Assembly (NCBI GenBank): GCA_020137815.1 | Contig: CM035359.1 | Location: 6,758,001 to 6,822,000, forward strand | Direction: 5' to 3' | Length of the DNA stretch: 64,000 nucleotides | Origin: Hormiphora californensis | Taxonomy: Eukaryota; Animalia; Ctenophora | Shown: piece by piece, positions 25,601 through 59,136 of the stretch | Numbering within the stretch: the stretch's first letter is position 1 | Layout: every line of letters begins with the position of its first letter | The notes under the pieces: generated by a model | Told to the model about the DNA's origin: nothing | The model's input: the letters and a program-made list of their open reading frames with translations, nothing else | The model's database searches: none | Position numbers and translations under genes: made by a program

Positions 25601-27130
25601 TGAGGGTAGCCTTCACTTTGCACTCGTATGTTCCAGCCATCCGGGATTTTATGTTGAACAACACCTAGTAGTGGTTTAGGCTGCATGTATAAGGTCCAAA
25701 TAAGGAATTAAACCGCTCTTTCTGATACAGATCACACAGGTTAGTCCATCGAGATGTTTAGAATATCGAAGGATATGACAGCAATGCTTTGGAGCGGTGT
25801 TTGTCTATGACTTACCAGAGTGTTCTCCTTAACAGTCAAATCAGCGATTGAGTCGACCTTGATTTCTGCAGATCCATGTACAATGAAAGCGTTGGAATCG
25901 CTTACAAGCTCACCATCTAGGAAATTGGAAGATTTAGATCTGAGTAGACAATTCACTGAATGATCAAGACTTAGGTATAAATACTTTACTACTAAAAACA
26001 CAAAGTATCATTAAATTATTTAATCATTGATCTGCCGTAAAATCCTTGTGGAGGCAGTTTTCACAGTCCTTACTTTTGTACCACATTATTTCACAGTCCT
26101 TACCTTTGTACCATTCGATGGAGTATTCAGGATTGAAGGTTCCAGAAACCTCACAATCAAGTCCGGTCCTGACTGCCTTCTGAGCAGTGTCAATCTTGAT
26201 CGTCGTTGTAGTTAACTCAATCTCAGTGTGAGCTGAAATAAAGTTAAATAAGGAATTCATTTCCTTTGCTCGACCCTACTATAACACATGGTAATACATG
26301 GTAACACATGGTAACACATGGTAACGCATGGTAACACATGGTAACGGAAACAGAATCACTATACTTACTGTATACGTTGACAGAGGCTACATTGCTATAA
26401 ATGGTCATGTCCCCGTTGACAGCCTTGCACTGGTAGAATCCCGCGTGATCCTCGCTGGCACTGTCAACTGTGATCACGTTGCTGTTGCTGTTGTACAACT
26501 CCGTCATTACCCTGGGAAATGTTGGTTTATTATTATACCCTGGGCAGGGAAGTACCCTGGGCAGGGAAGTACCCTGGGCAGGGAAATATTTGTTTATTAT
26601 TATACCAGCTGCAAGGAACGTAATTGGTAATCGCGAGCTCCCGCAGAGGCCAGCCATGGCTTCGTAACTACACGTGCATGGTACTTACATGGTGGGGATG
26701 GTACTTTGCTTGTACCACGTGTAGGTAGCTGTTTCATCCGCTACACATGTCAGGGTTAATTTGGATCCCTTGTTAACGATGACAGAGGAGGGGTTGGTGG
26801 TTAGAGAGAATCCTTGAACACATCCCAGCACTGCTGCACACAACCTGTCAATATGAAACGAGATGATCCAGTGATCCTAGATTCCTAGGCTGGAGTTACT
26901 CCAGTGGAGTAGGACAACAGCAGGGAAAATACTGCAAGGGATCTCTAGAACTGTGGAGAATCATGTATGGTGATAATAACACCAAAAATTTAAAACCTTT
27001 TCAACAATTAAAGCATTATGAGGTGGGACAAGAAAGCAATAATATTTTAAGCATGCTAAATGCTAGTCAAATAAAATTAACAAGTAAATTAAACCATTAC
27101 TTACAGTGCGAGACCCAGATTCCTTTTCAT
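11505..27130 (-). CDS. Type I membrane IgSF receptor: signal peptide, 8 Ig-like domains, one TM, alternative cytoplasmic tails (full span to tail C)
   Basis: ATG 27130 gives MKRNLGLALLCAAVLGCVQG/FSL. About 18 in-frame GT-AG exons encode paired-Cys Ig motifs (LTLTC...WYK...HAGFYQC; AGTYEC; SGSYTC; DSGIYQC; SSGTYYC; HEGTVTC; HEGKYKC; CEARGYPPP...VKCTATN). The TM exon 15921-15765 reads VAAVVAASIIAGIIIFICFVFICICIC and ends in phase 2. Confidence 0.88.
12152..12393 (-). mobile_element. tRNA(Gly-like)-derived SINE with TSD
   Basis: The minus strand starts GCAGGGTGGTGTAGTGGTC (A box), then cgcctcccatgc, then GGTTCGATCC (B box), and ends in a T-run. TSD (c)tgtaagcaat at 12142-12151 and 12394-12403. 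Confidence 0.85.
14187..14469 (-). CDS. IgSF alternative terminal exon B (~93 aa)
   Basis: Acceptor cttttttcag at 14470, phase 2, in frame: GLSCWCCNYDSARDEEK...LFSMAGSQFVKFNKEHGIYVRKPAHKEEDA*. The C-terminal motif is homologous to exon A. Confidence 0.62.
14742..15426 (-). CDS. IgSF alternative terminal exon A (Cys cluster plus basic/Ser-rich tail, ~227 aa)
   Basis: Acceptor ctctttcag at 15427, phase 2, in frame with the TM exon: RGDNTFEQTCLISCIACCPCCF...FFSIPNSPFVKYDSETGMYNRTMSMPRNERV*. The exon is 685 nt with no internal stop. Confidence 0.72.
15481..15595. repeat. ~19-bp minisatellite (catattatgaaggagca) just upstream of the exon A acceptor
   Basis: About 6 degenerate copies are visible. 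Confidence 0.85.
19839..24193 (-). mobile_element. Bipartite tandem array of a Helentron/DINE-1-like element: 5 x ~132-bp end module plus ~6.5 x ~480-bp module, inside an IgSF intron
   Basis: Short units start at ~19839, 19971, 20116, 20252 and 20385 and carry the hairpin ggggcctggcaaggcccc and ccgacccgaa. Long units carry the inverted ttcgggtcgg and gtaattacat repeats. Units are joined by (aaccat)n. Confidence 0.8.
22455..23054 (+). mobile_element. Non-autonomous Helitron (600 bp)
   Basis: 5' TC, 3' CTAG and subterminal hairpin cgcccgtagggcg. It is inserted between A and T of gaagtaa|ttacat with no TSD; the empty site is visible in neighbouring array units. Confidence 0.93.
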
Positions 27131-27929
27131 TCTCCTGTTATCTCAATATCTCGTTCTGTTTATTTCATTCACTAAGCTAATATAGAATGATTAATTTAAA
27201 AAAATACAAGTGCTAATTTTAAATAAGTTATAAAAACTAACAAAAACTACTGGAAATTGACACGAAATATAATGATCACCAGTTCGATCTCTCCACGAGG
27301 GATCAACTGCATGGCGATGTGCTGCCTCAAAATAGCAACAATCGTCCCTCTGCAGCAGCAACAAGGTGGTAACGAGCTACTACGCTTACATATAATCCCT
27401 GACCTCTGCTGTTGTGGTAAGAATACCTTAATTAGGGTGATTTAATATGAAATATATAAACATGGAGAGAGAGGGAGATGGAGGGTGGTATCGTCTTATG
27501 TGGAGATATGCATGTGGTGATTTAGAGGGCGAGAGAGAGTTCCAAATCCACCGCAAAGTTACTCAAATTAACAACAGCAACTTTGACGGCTCATATAAAT
27601 TACTGAAGTTGACATGGGTTAAACACCGGAACAATGTATAAACTACAGGCAAAGCAATGAGTACCCTCAATCCGCGACAATTTATAATTTATATTTAGAA
27701 AATAGTGACATTCAACAATCTGAGAAAAATTAATGCGATATGGCGATATTTGATTGATCAAGAGGACACGAAAAGTAGTTGAGTGATCCAGGAAGAAAGA
27801 GATTACACACAACACACTTCGGAGAGAGGGAGAGGGGGTAGGAGTGTGAGAGAGAGAGAGAAAGGAGGGACCGAGGTTGCTGTAAACTAGTCAGGGCAGT
27901 GAAAAGAAGGAGAGAGTTTGAAGAAACAT

Positions 27930-27964
27930 TCGAAGAGAGCGAGAGGGATAGAGAGAAAGAGAGA

Positions 27965-28046
<82 letters not shown>

Positions 28047-28082
28047 TGGAGAGAGAGAGAGAGATCAGAGAGAAAAAGAGAG
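27930..28082. repeat. (GA)n microsatellite
   Basis: Directly visible. Confidence 0.95.
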
Positions 28083-28357
28083 ATTGAAGGATGCAGGTGC
28101 AGAGTGCAGACAGAGCATGTGACGTAGCGATGTATAATATCATGACTGGTATTATTTTGGGAACCAAAAAAACAAACAACTGTTATAATAAACAGCTTAA
28201 ATTTTATTTAGTTTTTCATGTATACTCAAAGTAAACAAAAAGCATCACTAAATTATTTGGCAGTTTGGCTACCAATTTTAATGATTATACGGTATGGAAT
28301 TAAAACGTGCTGCGAATAGTAATCTTGCAATTGATATTCCTGAACAGTATCATCTTT

Positions 28358-28518
28358 TTAGTCTCTGCAGAGAGATGGAGGTGGTGTATCATTGTTTAGT
28401 CTCTGCAGAGAGATGGAGGTGGTGTATCATTGTTTAGTCTCTGCAGAGAGATGGAGGTGGTGTATCATTGTTTAGTCTCTGCAGAGAGATGGGGGTGGTG
28501 TATCATTGTTTAGTCTTA
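28358..28518. repeat. 38-bp tandem repeat (4 copies) overlapping the 7TM gene stop codon
   Basis: Unit ttagtctctgcagagagatggaggtggtgtatcattgt at 28358, 28396, 28434 and 28472. Confidence 0.95.
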
Positions 28519-29617
28519 GAATCCAGCTTGCAGGGACTTGTTGGCATGCAGGGAGCTGAAGGTTTTGTTGGACTTGTTGCCGGTTGCGATACCTAGCTAC
28601 TCCCGCCTTCACCATCGTATAAGTGAGGAAAGTAGCCTCGTGGAGCGAGATTTGAACTGAGAGCTTCACGACGTCACACATGGATAATTTACCCATTTGA
28701 TACAGTGCCCTAATTACAAATGAACAGCTATCTGCCTCATTGGCGACTATCATATTCAACCTGAAACAGCTACTCGCATTGTATGGTCTGAGGGAGAGAA
28801 GGGTGATATCGTATATGATCTCAACGAGGGAGTTGGCTACGGTCAGCATACTAATCCTCTGCCGGGCACCAGGCACAAGCTTATGGGAGGCCATGTAGTT
28901 TTTAAATGAGATTAAGATATAGATAACACAGCAGAACATGCTCACCCCAAAACTACCAAGTATAGCGTAGTTAGTTATTGTAGTCCTGGTGGACTGCCGG
29001 TCTTGAAAGAAGCACAGCGAGTGACTGCTGTTCGCCTCGATGACAAACCATACTGTGAATATGGTCGTGAAGAGAAAGACAACAAACCAACTTAAAATTG
29101 AAGCAACTCGAACAATGGAGTTTTTGTGGATTCTAAACCTCAGCGGGAACGCTATCATATAGATTTGAAACACATAAACATTAATAGAGCTAAGCTTGAA
29201 AGCTCCTAAGCTGCACTGTGCCAATATTAGCATAATGGGTTTAACAAAAAAGTAGCGGGATGGTATGTAAGCGTCTAGCATACATCCAACTTGTAGTAAC
29301 CCGTTAACACAGCACCAAAAGGGCTGGTTACATCGCAACAATCTCAGTGTCCAGTTCTCTCTCTTTTTCAACCTCAACAGAAGAGAGATGGCAGACATTA
29401 TCACCATGGCAATAGGGTAACCTAGCCATATAAGGAGCTCTGTCACTGGAAACACAATGGAATCTTTCCTATCGGGTACAACACCATCGTAACCCTTGGT
29501 CGAGTTCGCCAGGAATGCAGTCATCCTGTCCCAGGCATCAGTTCCGTCCACCTCCTCTACCAACTCTGCAGAGAGGAGGATGACTGTAACAAACACCTCC
29601 AATGAGGGGTAGGTCAT
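28472..29617 (-). CDS. Intronless divergent 7TM receptor (rhodopsin-class-like GPCR), 381 aa, with N-terminal signal-like peptide
   Basis: About 7 hydrophobic segments. The TM3/ICL2 region FQIYMIAFPLRFR resembles DRY.AI.FPLRY. TM4 has a Trp (SILSWFVV) and ECL2 has a Cys. Canonical DRY and NPxxY are missing. Confidence 0.72.
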   Translation of the reverse strand: MTYPSLEVFVTVILLSAELVEEVDGTDAWDRMTAFLANSTKGYDGVVPDRKDSIVFPVTELLIWLGYPIAMVIMSAISLLLRLKKRENWTLRLLRCNQPFWCCVNGLLQVGCMLDAYIPSRYFFVKPIMLILAQCSLGAFKLSSINVYVFQIYMIAFPLRFRIHKNSIVRVASILSWFVVFLFTTIFTVWFVIEANSSHSLCFFQDRQSTRTTITNYAILGSFGVSMFCCVIYILISFKNYMASHKLVPGARQRISMLTVANSLVEIIYDITLLSLRPYNASSCFRLNMIVANEADSCSFVIRALYQMGKLSMCDVVKLSVQISLHEATFLTYTMVKAGVARYRNRQQVQQNLQLPACQQVPASWILRLNNDTPPPSLCRD

Positions 29618-30139
29618 GTTGATGGCTGCTATCCCCTGACCCTCCTCAAGCAGCTTTCTTGCGTCCTAAAACAGTGGAGGAGGGGGAGTTTAAATGGATA
29701 TGTCGATAATGATGTAATGCAATGTAATAGAACTGCAAGCTATACACACACAACCTACCCATTTGTTTATACGTTCCCCATCGACATCCAGTAGCACCTC
29801 AGCTATCTCGTCTTTTCTCCAGAACCCAGAACTATTCTCATCAACACTTGATAGATTCCTCAAGCCAGAAATTATCGAACTCAGCTCTGCGTTTATCATG
29901 ACATGCAATTAGCTACAATTATGATGCTTTATAGCATGCCCTCTGACAGGGAAACAGCTTTATTAGCTGAAGACAAAGCTAATAAAGCTGTTTCTTCATG
30001 AAGACAAAGCTTCCTTGGGAAAAATAAGCAGTGAGAACATTGAAACAAAGCTAACTGAAACATAAAGCCATCAATTATCTACTGAGTACTGTTCACTGGA
30101 TTATAAAATTCAGTATTCTTATTACTTTCTACCACTACG

Positions 30140-30282
30140 CCCCTACCCCACCCCAAAACACCCCACCCAAAAACACCCCAACCCACCCAACCCCACCCCA
30201 CCCCACCACAACCCACCCTACCCCACCCCACCCAACCCCACCCCGCCCCACCCCACCCACCCCACGCCACTCCACTCCACAT
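30140..30282. repeat. (CCCCA)n C-rich tract; a similar tract in opposite orientation at 61248-61408
   Basis: Directly visible. Confidence 0.85.
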
Positions 30283-30519
30283 GCCCTATTGCCCTCCGCA
30301 CAAGCGTCCCAGTTGGCGCGAGCTTCAGGAGCAACGTACTAAATGGGTGATAAACAAGGAAAAAACAAAGTATCGGTACTGGGAAATAAATGGATGACTT
30401 TGTAACCAATGTTTAATAGTGAGGATAGTAACTGTTCTTAAAGTACCCAGCCCGACCTCCCTTGACGCGTCGTGACCTCAAGTATTATGGCGTGATCACG
30501 TGTCTAATACATTTATTAA

Positions 30520-31907
30520 GGGTACGCTAACCAAAAATTTTTTTCGAGTGCAGGGAAATCTCTCACCGTAGGGTTGTAGGCCATGCCAAGGAGACCTCAA
30601 ATATGCAATTTGAGCTCTCAAATCGAATTCATATTTTTGCTACAGCTGCTTGAAAAATGAACTGAAAATAAGTTTTTGGCATCTTAAAAATACATTTGTA
30701 AAGATAGGATCATAAAAATTTGTGGATTTGAAGAGGACAAAGAGGTGAGTAGCCACAAAAATTTTTTTGAAATCCGAGCTGATTTCCGGTCCTGAGATGG
30801 ATTTCTTTTTTTTGACTTTAACGCCATATTTGGCCAAGTTCCGAAAATATTTGAAAGCTGTAAATTGGTCAAAAGTTGCGTCTAACGATTCTCTATATGG
30901 CCATAAATTTTGGGCGCGTCCTTATTTGAGATAAGCTGTACAGAGTTTTTTTGTGAAAGCCGTCATTTCAGAAATAAATAAATTCCCTGTATCTCAAAAA
31001 CGGCTGATCGTAGAGACCTGAGATTATGCTTAAACGATTCAGAAGGTCCGATTTTGGGGGGGTCTTCTGAGAGACATTTTGCTCCTACTTCAACCGTTTT
31101 TGCTGTAATTGCGAAAAACAAATTCTATGAAAAGGGCAAAAGCTAAACTCCAAAATCCTGTAATTAGGGAATTTTAGCTAAGAAAGGACCGAAACTATGG
31201 AAAAATGTGTAACAAGCTAATTCCTTCACTATTTGGTCCATATGGGTCCCTATAATCACCAAAAACAAAATCACAAAAATCCACGATGGCGAAGATGGGT
31301 TTTTGTTTTTCGCAATTACAGCAAAAACGGTTGAAGTAGGAGCAAAATGTCTCTCAGAAGACCCCCCCAAAATCGGACCTTCTGAATCGTTTAAGCATAA
31401 TCTCAGGTCTCTACGATCAGCCGTTTTTGAGATACAGGGAATTTATTTATTTCTGAAATGACGGCTTTCACAAAAAAAACCTCTTTACAGCTTATCTCAA
31501 ATAAGGACACGCCCAAAATTTATGGCCACTTAGATAATCGTTAGACGCAACTTTTCACCAATTTACAGCTTTCACATGTTTTCGGAACTTTGCAAAATAG
31601 GGTGTTAAAGTGGAAAAAAAGAAATACATCTCAGGACCGGAAATCAGCCCGGATTGCAAAAAAAATTTTTGTGGTTATTCACCTTCATGTCCTCTTCAAA
31701 TCCCCAAATTTTCATGCTCCTATCTTTAAAAAAAAATTTTTGAGATGCCAAAAACGTATTTACAGGACATTTTTTAAACAGCTGTAGCAAAAATATGAAT
31801 TCGACTTGAGGGCTAAAATTGCATATTTAAGGTCTCCTTGGTATGGCCTACAACCCTACGGTGAGAGATTTCCCTGCACTCGAAAAAAAATTTTGGTTAG
31901 CGTACCC
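30520..31907. mobile_element. 1.39-kb foldback element with TTAA TSD (Kolobok-like termini)
   Basis: TTAA|gggtacgctaaccaaaa ... ttttggttagcgtaccc|TTAA, with ~600-bp inverted arms and a ~170-bp spacer. Confidence 0.9.
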
Positions 31908-32519
31908 TTAACCAATGCAAGTGAAGCGAAGCAGTAAGTTAGAGTTTTTTCGTGCCCGGTCACTCGAATGAATAATTCATTGATCTCAGTCGGAGAGTCT
32001 CAGATCCTCAGAACGTACCTACTGTACTTTTATAGTACTAATTATAGCACAATATAATAGAAAAATGGTAGGGTGGGGGCGCACTCAGATTATTTGCCCC
32101 GATCCCCCGGTAGCATTATCCTCTCCCGCCTCCGCCCCAATTAATTGGATACTAGGACTATAATAGTTGCGGGGAGTAGTTTCTCCCATAACCACTTTTA
32201 TGGGCTGGTTCACTTGCTGAGGGCCGCACCCGGGCCGCACCAGTACTGTTATACTGTTGGTACAGCATGTGTGTGCCAGTCTCCAATTTCTCTTGTACCT
32301 TTTAGCACAGTGTGAGTGTATTTTCAGGCAGTACAGCTGTAAACCAGTCACATATGGAAAAGACTCCTCCCATTTCCCATCCTGGCCCAGCTAGGCTACC
32401 CCGCTAGCTAGGCTATCCCACTAGCACTATAACTGGCTACTGTAGCAGACCCTTAAACGAAGATGACAGGTGATGAATCCATATCAAGTGTTCTATGGCA
32501 TGCGACTCTTCCGAAATGG

Positions 32520-33707
32520 GGCCAGCTTGCAATAAATTTAAACCAACACTTGCAAACAGATATTATATATTTTGATTTTCAAAAGGCTTTTGACAGCGTA
32601 TCACACGATGTCATACTTGAAAAACTTAAAGTCCAGTATAACATAAACGGTAAAATGTTGCAATTTCTTAAAGCGTACTTATCTGGACGTCGACAGAGAG
32701 TAGCATTAGATGGTGAATTCTCGGAATGGTCTAATGTTAAGAGTGGAGTCCCTCAAGGATCCATCCTCGGTCCATTCCTTTTTGTTCTATTTATAAATGA
32801 TATAGTTGAGGCCATTGGGGATGAAGGAGAAACCAATATAAAGCTATATGCAGATGATCTAAAAATCTGGAGGACGATTAAGAATGAAAATGATAGTCTC
32901 CAGCCTGATATTGATAGATTGATTGAGTGGAGTGTGAAAAATAAAATGAAGTTCCACCCTAATAAATGTAAACTTCTTAGATGTACCTTGAAGCATAAGC
33001 CTGTTAACCTAAAATATTACTTAGGAAGTAGTGAGATTCAACAATGTACAAATGAAACTGACCTGGGGGTGATCACCAATAGAAAATTATCGCCTCTAGA
33101 ACACCAAAACATGATAATTTCTAAAACGTCTCAGAGGTTAGGCCTAGTCAAGAGAACTAGTGCTCTGGTTGATTCCCCTCTAAAGAGGAGAACACTTTAT
33201 GTCAGTCTTGTTAGTTCGTTGTTTGAACACTGCAGCCAGATATGGCGACCAGTTTCAGCCTCTAGTATTGAAAAGTTCGAAAAGCTCCAAAAACGTGCAT
33301 TAAAATGGATAAATAATGAAATGGAGCTCAGCTATGATTGGAAAACGTATGTCAGTAAACTTAAACAAAGAAAGATTCTTCCTATTACCGAAAGGTTCCT
33401 TTATAATGACTTAAAACTGTTTCATAAGATATTCTACGGATCTTCATCCCTAAAACTTCCAATGTTCCTTCACAAATACATCCCTGACAGACACGACAGG
33501 CGTACAACTAGACAACAGACAAACCGGGACCAAACAGACATCATTTGCACACATAACCCTAATATTGACGCTTTTAAACATAGTTATTTTTACCGTATCC
33601 ATGTGGAATGGAATAACCTTCCGCATGACCTACGAGGCCTAGATTCTCATGATGCCTTTGTGGCCAAGCTCAAAGATTATCTCTGGAATAACATTCCAAA
33701 TTCGTAA
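32520..33707 (+). mobile_element. 5'-truncated CR1/L2-group LINE, RT C-terminal half (second family)
   Basis: Motifs DIIYFDFQKAFDSV, SGVPQGSILGP, LYADD, DLGV and EWNNLP. The first ~20 codons of the listed ORF are not LINE-like. Confidence 0.92.
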
Positions 33708-34056
33708 ATTCGCGGCTGTGCTATTGACTTACTCACCTACTTTCTAAACTTTAGATCAATCTCTCCTATCTCATGGACTTCAAATTATTTATTTCTTTGG
33801 TGTGGTGTTGAAGAGTTGAAACTATACAACAAGCAATCGCACAGTCGCGAATCTAATCACATAATTGATTACAAGACATTTACAAACAAGAATTTTGGGG
33901 GGTTGGCTAGGGAGGGGGAAATAATCAATATATTATCTATTATAGTAGCCATATTAGATTTTGTTTATTCTATTAAAAATATACTGTATTAGTCTGTTTG
34001 TCCGTAGTGTGTGAGAACTGTCTGTGTGTGAATTTTTAGAGTATTTTGAGGTGTAA

Positions 34057-34947
<891 letters not shown>

Positions 34948-35012
34948 TAAGCGCTCCGTCGATATTGACACTCCGTCAATAGGAGCCAACCGGGATATTG
35001 TCTTTATAAATA

Positions 35013-35662
35013 CTAGTAAACCCGTTCGCCCTACGGGCGAATTTCGGGGAAATGGTATTGGTAGCTGGAATAGGGAACACTGACATCATCAGTCTAACTA
35101 ATGACATGCACTATCCCATCTTAAGTAACGGTACCTTAGAAGGAGCTCAGGCGGGATCGCTGCGAGTTTCTGGTTTCAGAACGTCAAATGATGATCCGGC
35201 GATCAAAGTTATAAAAGAACTTACTATTTCGTCTGCTTGCAGTATTCATCTGCCTTAATCTCTGAGATTGATCATCGGTTCTGTTTAACCTCTAACGTCT
35301 TGTTCGTTCTCTCTGCACTTCTTTTGGTGATGCTGCATTTGAACCCCTCAGTGTATGGAAAAGTAGAGAATAGCGGTGAGATCTTGCGTGAATAACTCCA
35401 ATTGTCGCTGTCGTATATCAAGAGTTGTTGAAGAGAGCATATAATTAGCTGGAACAGTGAAACAGACTAAAGCAAGATCAAATGCACGTGCACGTGCAGT
35501 ATAACAGTAGCAACCATGCCATTGGCAACGGCTCCGACTCCTGGCCCCACTCCAATAGTACTCCACAGTTCACCTCTAGGCTCTAAACCTGCACGTGCTA
35601 AATGCCATATAAGGTAAAAAACGTTACACTGGATTTCCCTATTTGCTTTAATAATAGTATGA
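35013..35662 (-). mobile_element. Non-autonomous Helitron, related subfamily
   Basis: Minus strand reads a|TCATACTA...ccccgaaattcgcccgtagggcgaacgggtttaCTAG|t. The ends match the 22455 copy but the interior differs. Confidence 0.88.
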
Positions 35663-36823
35663 TATCGATTTTTATCCTTTTCCAAATCAAATCAAATCAA
35701 TCACGTTTACTAAAAACTGCTGATATATCTTGCCCTGTCACGTGATAACTGGCACTCTAATTGACTTCATGAACTAACTGGTTGGGCATCATGCCAAAAT
35801 TCTTACTTACTGGTCAGTGACGCACTATACCCACCCACTAAAAATTTACCAGTTAGAGGTCCTGCATCCTTACTGCTGGTTGCGTATATAAAACGTGATC
35901 TTGCAACGCCAGACAGGTCAAACCAATATTATACCTGTGATTGCTAATATTATTTTACTTTATGTTTCTGTTACTCTGATTAGACCATATCCGGTATAAC
36001 TAAAATATAGTTTATAGATATCAAGCGCTTGACAACTAATGAATTCTCATAAAATGGGAGGTGCACGCACAAAAGAAAGTTAGAGCTTGGCGACTTTAAT
36101 TTATGCGGTTTGCGATACTTTACTTCTCCCCGGTTACAACACAGAGATCATGTAAAGTGTATACTTCTCGGGAAATAGTGGAGCTCGAGAGAAAACTAGA
36201 ACAATTTTTAAAAACTAAAGCTGGAGATCGGAAAAAATTGCAACCCCTACCCCTACCCCTACCCCTACCCCTGAACGTCCTTTTTGAATCTCCCCTAAGT
36301 CGATTTTCGACTGAATAGATTAGATATAAATTATATAATACGAGAAGTACAAACATTTGGTAATCTTGAACAAATTATAATTATCTTTATCAAATTCAAT
36401 AAGTAACGATAATAAATCTGAATTACACTCAGAAATTCACTCAAGTCATAATATGTATCAATATCACCATTAAAAACTCAATAGATTCCTTCAAGATTTT
36501 CTAATATAAGTCGAAGATACCAAATCGCTTTTTGAAAGCTTGAATCCTTATAAATTGCTCGACCAAATCGGTGTAGTTCTGCATTTTTGTTTTAAAGATA
36601 CCAAATATATATTTCTCACTGATCCCCTGTCTCGAACCTCTGGCTCTAGGGGAACCAGGGCCCTCTACCCACTCACAAATTGTAAAAAGGATTGTTAGAA
36701 CTTCTAATAGTAGTATAACATAACAAAATATCCCACTCATTCAGCAACCTCAAGCAGTACAGTCTTAAGCATATCTATCTCAGTGTCATATCTGAATCCC
36801 CACTTCCTGTTACATAATATATA

Positions 36824-36905
36824 CAGTCGGACCCCGATTAATCGGGCCCCGATATACCGGGTAAAACGCTTTCCCCGAGGATCCCGGTAAATCGGGGTCC
36901 GACTG
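36824..36905. mobile_element. 82-bp Tc1/mariner-like mini-MITE immediately 3' of the TMEM45 stop
   Basis: ta|cagtcggaccccgatt ... aatcggggtccgactg. Confidence 0.8.
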
Positions 36906-36915
36906 TTATACACAT

Positions 36916-57221
<20,306 letters not shown>

Positions 57222-59136
57222 AGCTATAGTTAAAATGTTTTGTTTTAATATTCTCATTAATTAACATTTCCAAAGTTGGATTCTTCAGGAACACTCCAAA
57301 CCATGAAACTGATCCATGAAGTTGGGCTAAGGTTTTGAGAGTCCGATATGATTTGATGAATAGCTTTTACCGTATCAGCATCTATAACTCCACGTTCTTC
57401 TACAGCTATATTGATAAACTCAATTAATAGTGAACTACTACTACATATCTTTCTCAACTATTCCTCTGAAAGCTGTTTACTGCAAATTCAGGATAACTCA
57501 CAAATGCACACTCTTTGATTAATTGGAGCAGCTTTAAATGGGTCTTCTCGAGTGGGGTAGGAAAATTAGATTCAAGCTTTTTCTTAATCTTATCTCGGCT
57601 GCAGCTTATCTCCCAGAATGATTTACGATTGCGTTAGAAAACTTGATTTCTTTCAAACAATTAATAAACATGTCAGCAGGATGCAGCTGATCTTGCTTGT
57701 TCCGCTCTTACGAAACGTGCAAGAAAGGCCCAGCGCCTCATAGAATTGAGTCTTGCGTGATGTGTGTGCAAATGTCCTATAATAGTGCAACCAAAGCTCC
57801 TCGCAGACGTCGGGGTATAATTTATATACCGTGATAACTTATCTAATATCTATAGCATAGATAGTTTTTTAAGTTCTGTCCACGTAATCCACTGTTATAT
57901 ATCATATGATATATTATCCCTATTATAATACATGCGTGCATGTTGAGCCGTCTCTCTATATGGAGAGTTAGACCGTTTTGCCACAACACGTGTGAAGATA
58001 GCAAGTGACAAGTGTGCAAAGGAGCGAGGAGAGGGAATCAACACAATTAAACACCCCTAACACATGCCCTGTCTTTCTACAACTACAATTTTATACTTTT
58101 TTGTAGACAACATATCTTGTAGACAACATATCTTGTAGATATTTGATTCTATAATCTATGTAACATATCTGCATCTAAATAATAGTGTGACTGACTCTTT
58201 TGGCGTCATGGCACTAATCTGTTATTATCAGAAATGTATGAAATCAGTGAGAGATAGATAGAGAGAGAGAGAGATAGATAGAGAGCTCTCTGTTAGGGTG
58301 GATCCTAAGATACAACATATGGTGACTGATTTCGTAGAAACGGTTTGAAACAGCAGCTGCCCGTCACTCTAACTTTGAAGTTCAGATTAGTTAGTGCGAT
58401 GCATTTTGACACCTCGATCGACAAATTTGTTGCTCCACTTCGCCTCTCTATCGCCCAATCTTTTTGACAATTCTGTTACCAATATGCCGGCTCCACACCG
58501 GGCCGAACGCTTGAACACAGCCTGTATTATAATTAGAGCAAGGCTTCAAAATTACAGATCATAAGGTGGTCTATCAACTTTCTGATCGGTCGACTCTCTC
58601 TCTCACCGCATGTAAAGATGGGTTATAACATAATAACATGGGTTAGAACGTTGCCTAGCTTGACCCTCTTTTCGCGAAGGAAGGGTTAGAACATAACAAT
58701 TAGAACGTATAACAAGGTCAGGCAGTTTGTTCTAGCACCGTTTACAGTGACGGTTCGGTAAACGAGAAAACACATGATACATATATCAACTGTTATCGGA
58801 TTTTTTCAAACATCATAGACAGGGAAAGAGGGAGAGAGAGATAAAAATAACCGGAGAGAACGAAAGAGAGGAAGATTGAAAGAGTGAAAGATGGATCGAG
58901 GATCCTGCTGCTGTGAGAGACAGCTGCAAGTCTACAATTACAAGAGAGCAACCAACAAACAACAGGATGGTGCGAGAGTGTTCTACCATATAATACTACC
59001 AGCTACCGAGGGGGGCACGCCAGGTGCGTGATCTTTTGATAGTGGTGTGACTTTGTAGCTGAGGTATGTAACAACTGTTACAAAGGCTACTCACGATTGC
59101 ACTAGAAATCGTCGAAATCATCAAAAAGAATCTTTT

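Noticed and set aside
57257-57780. Possible coding remnants upstream of TMEM45
   Set aside because: Frames are interrupted by stops, with no recognisable motif or consistent splice chain.
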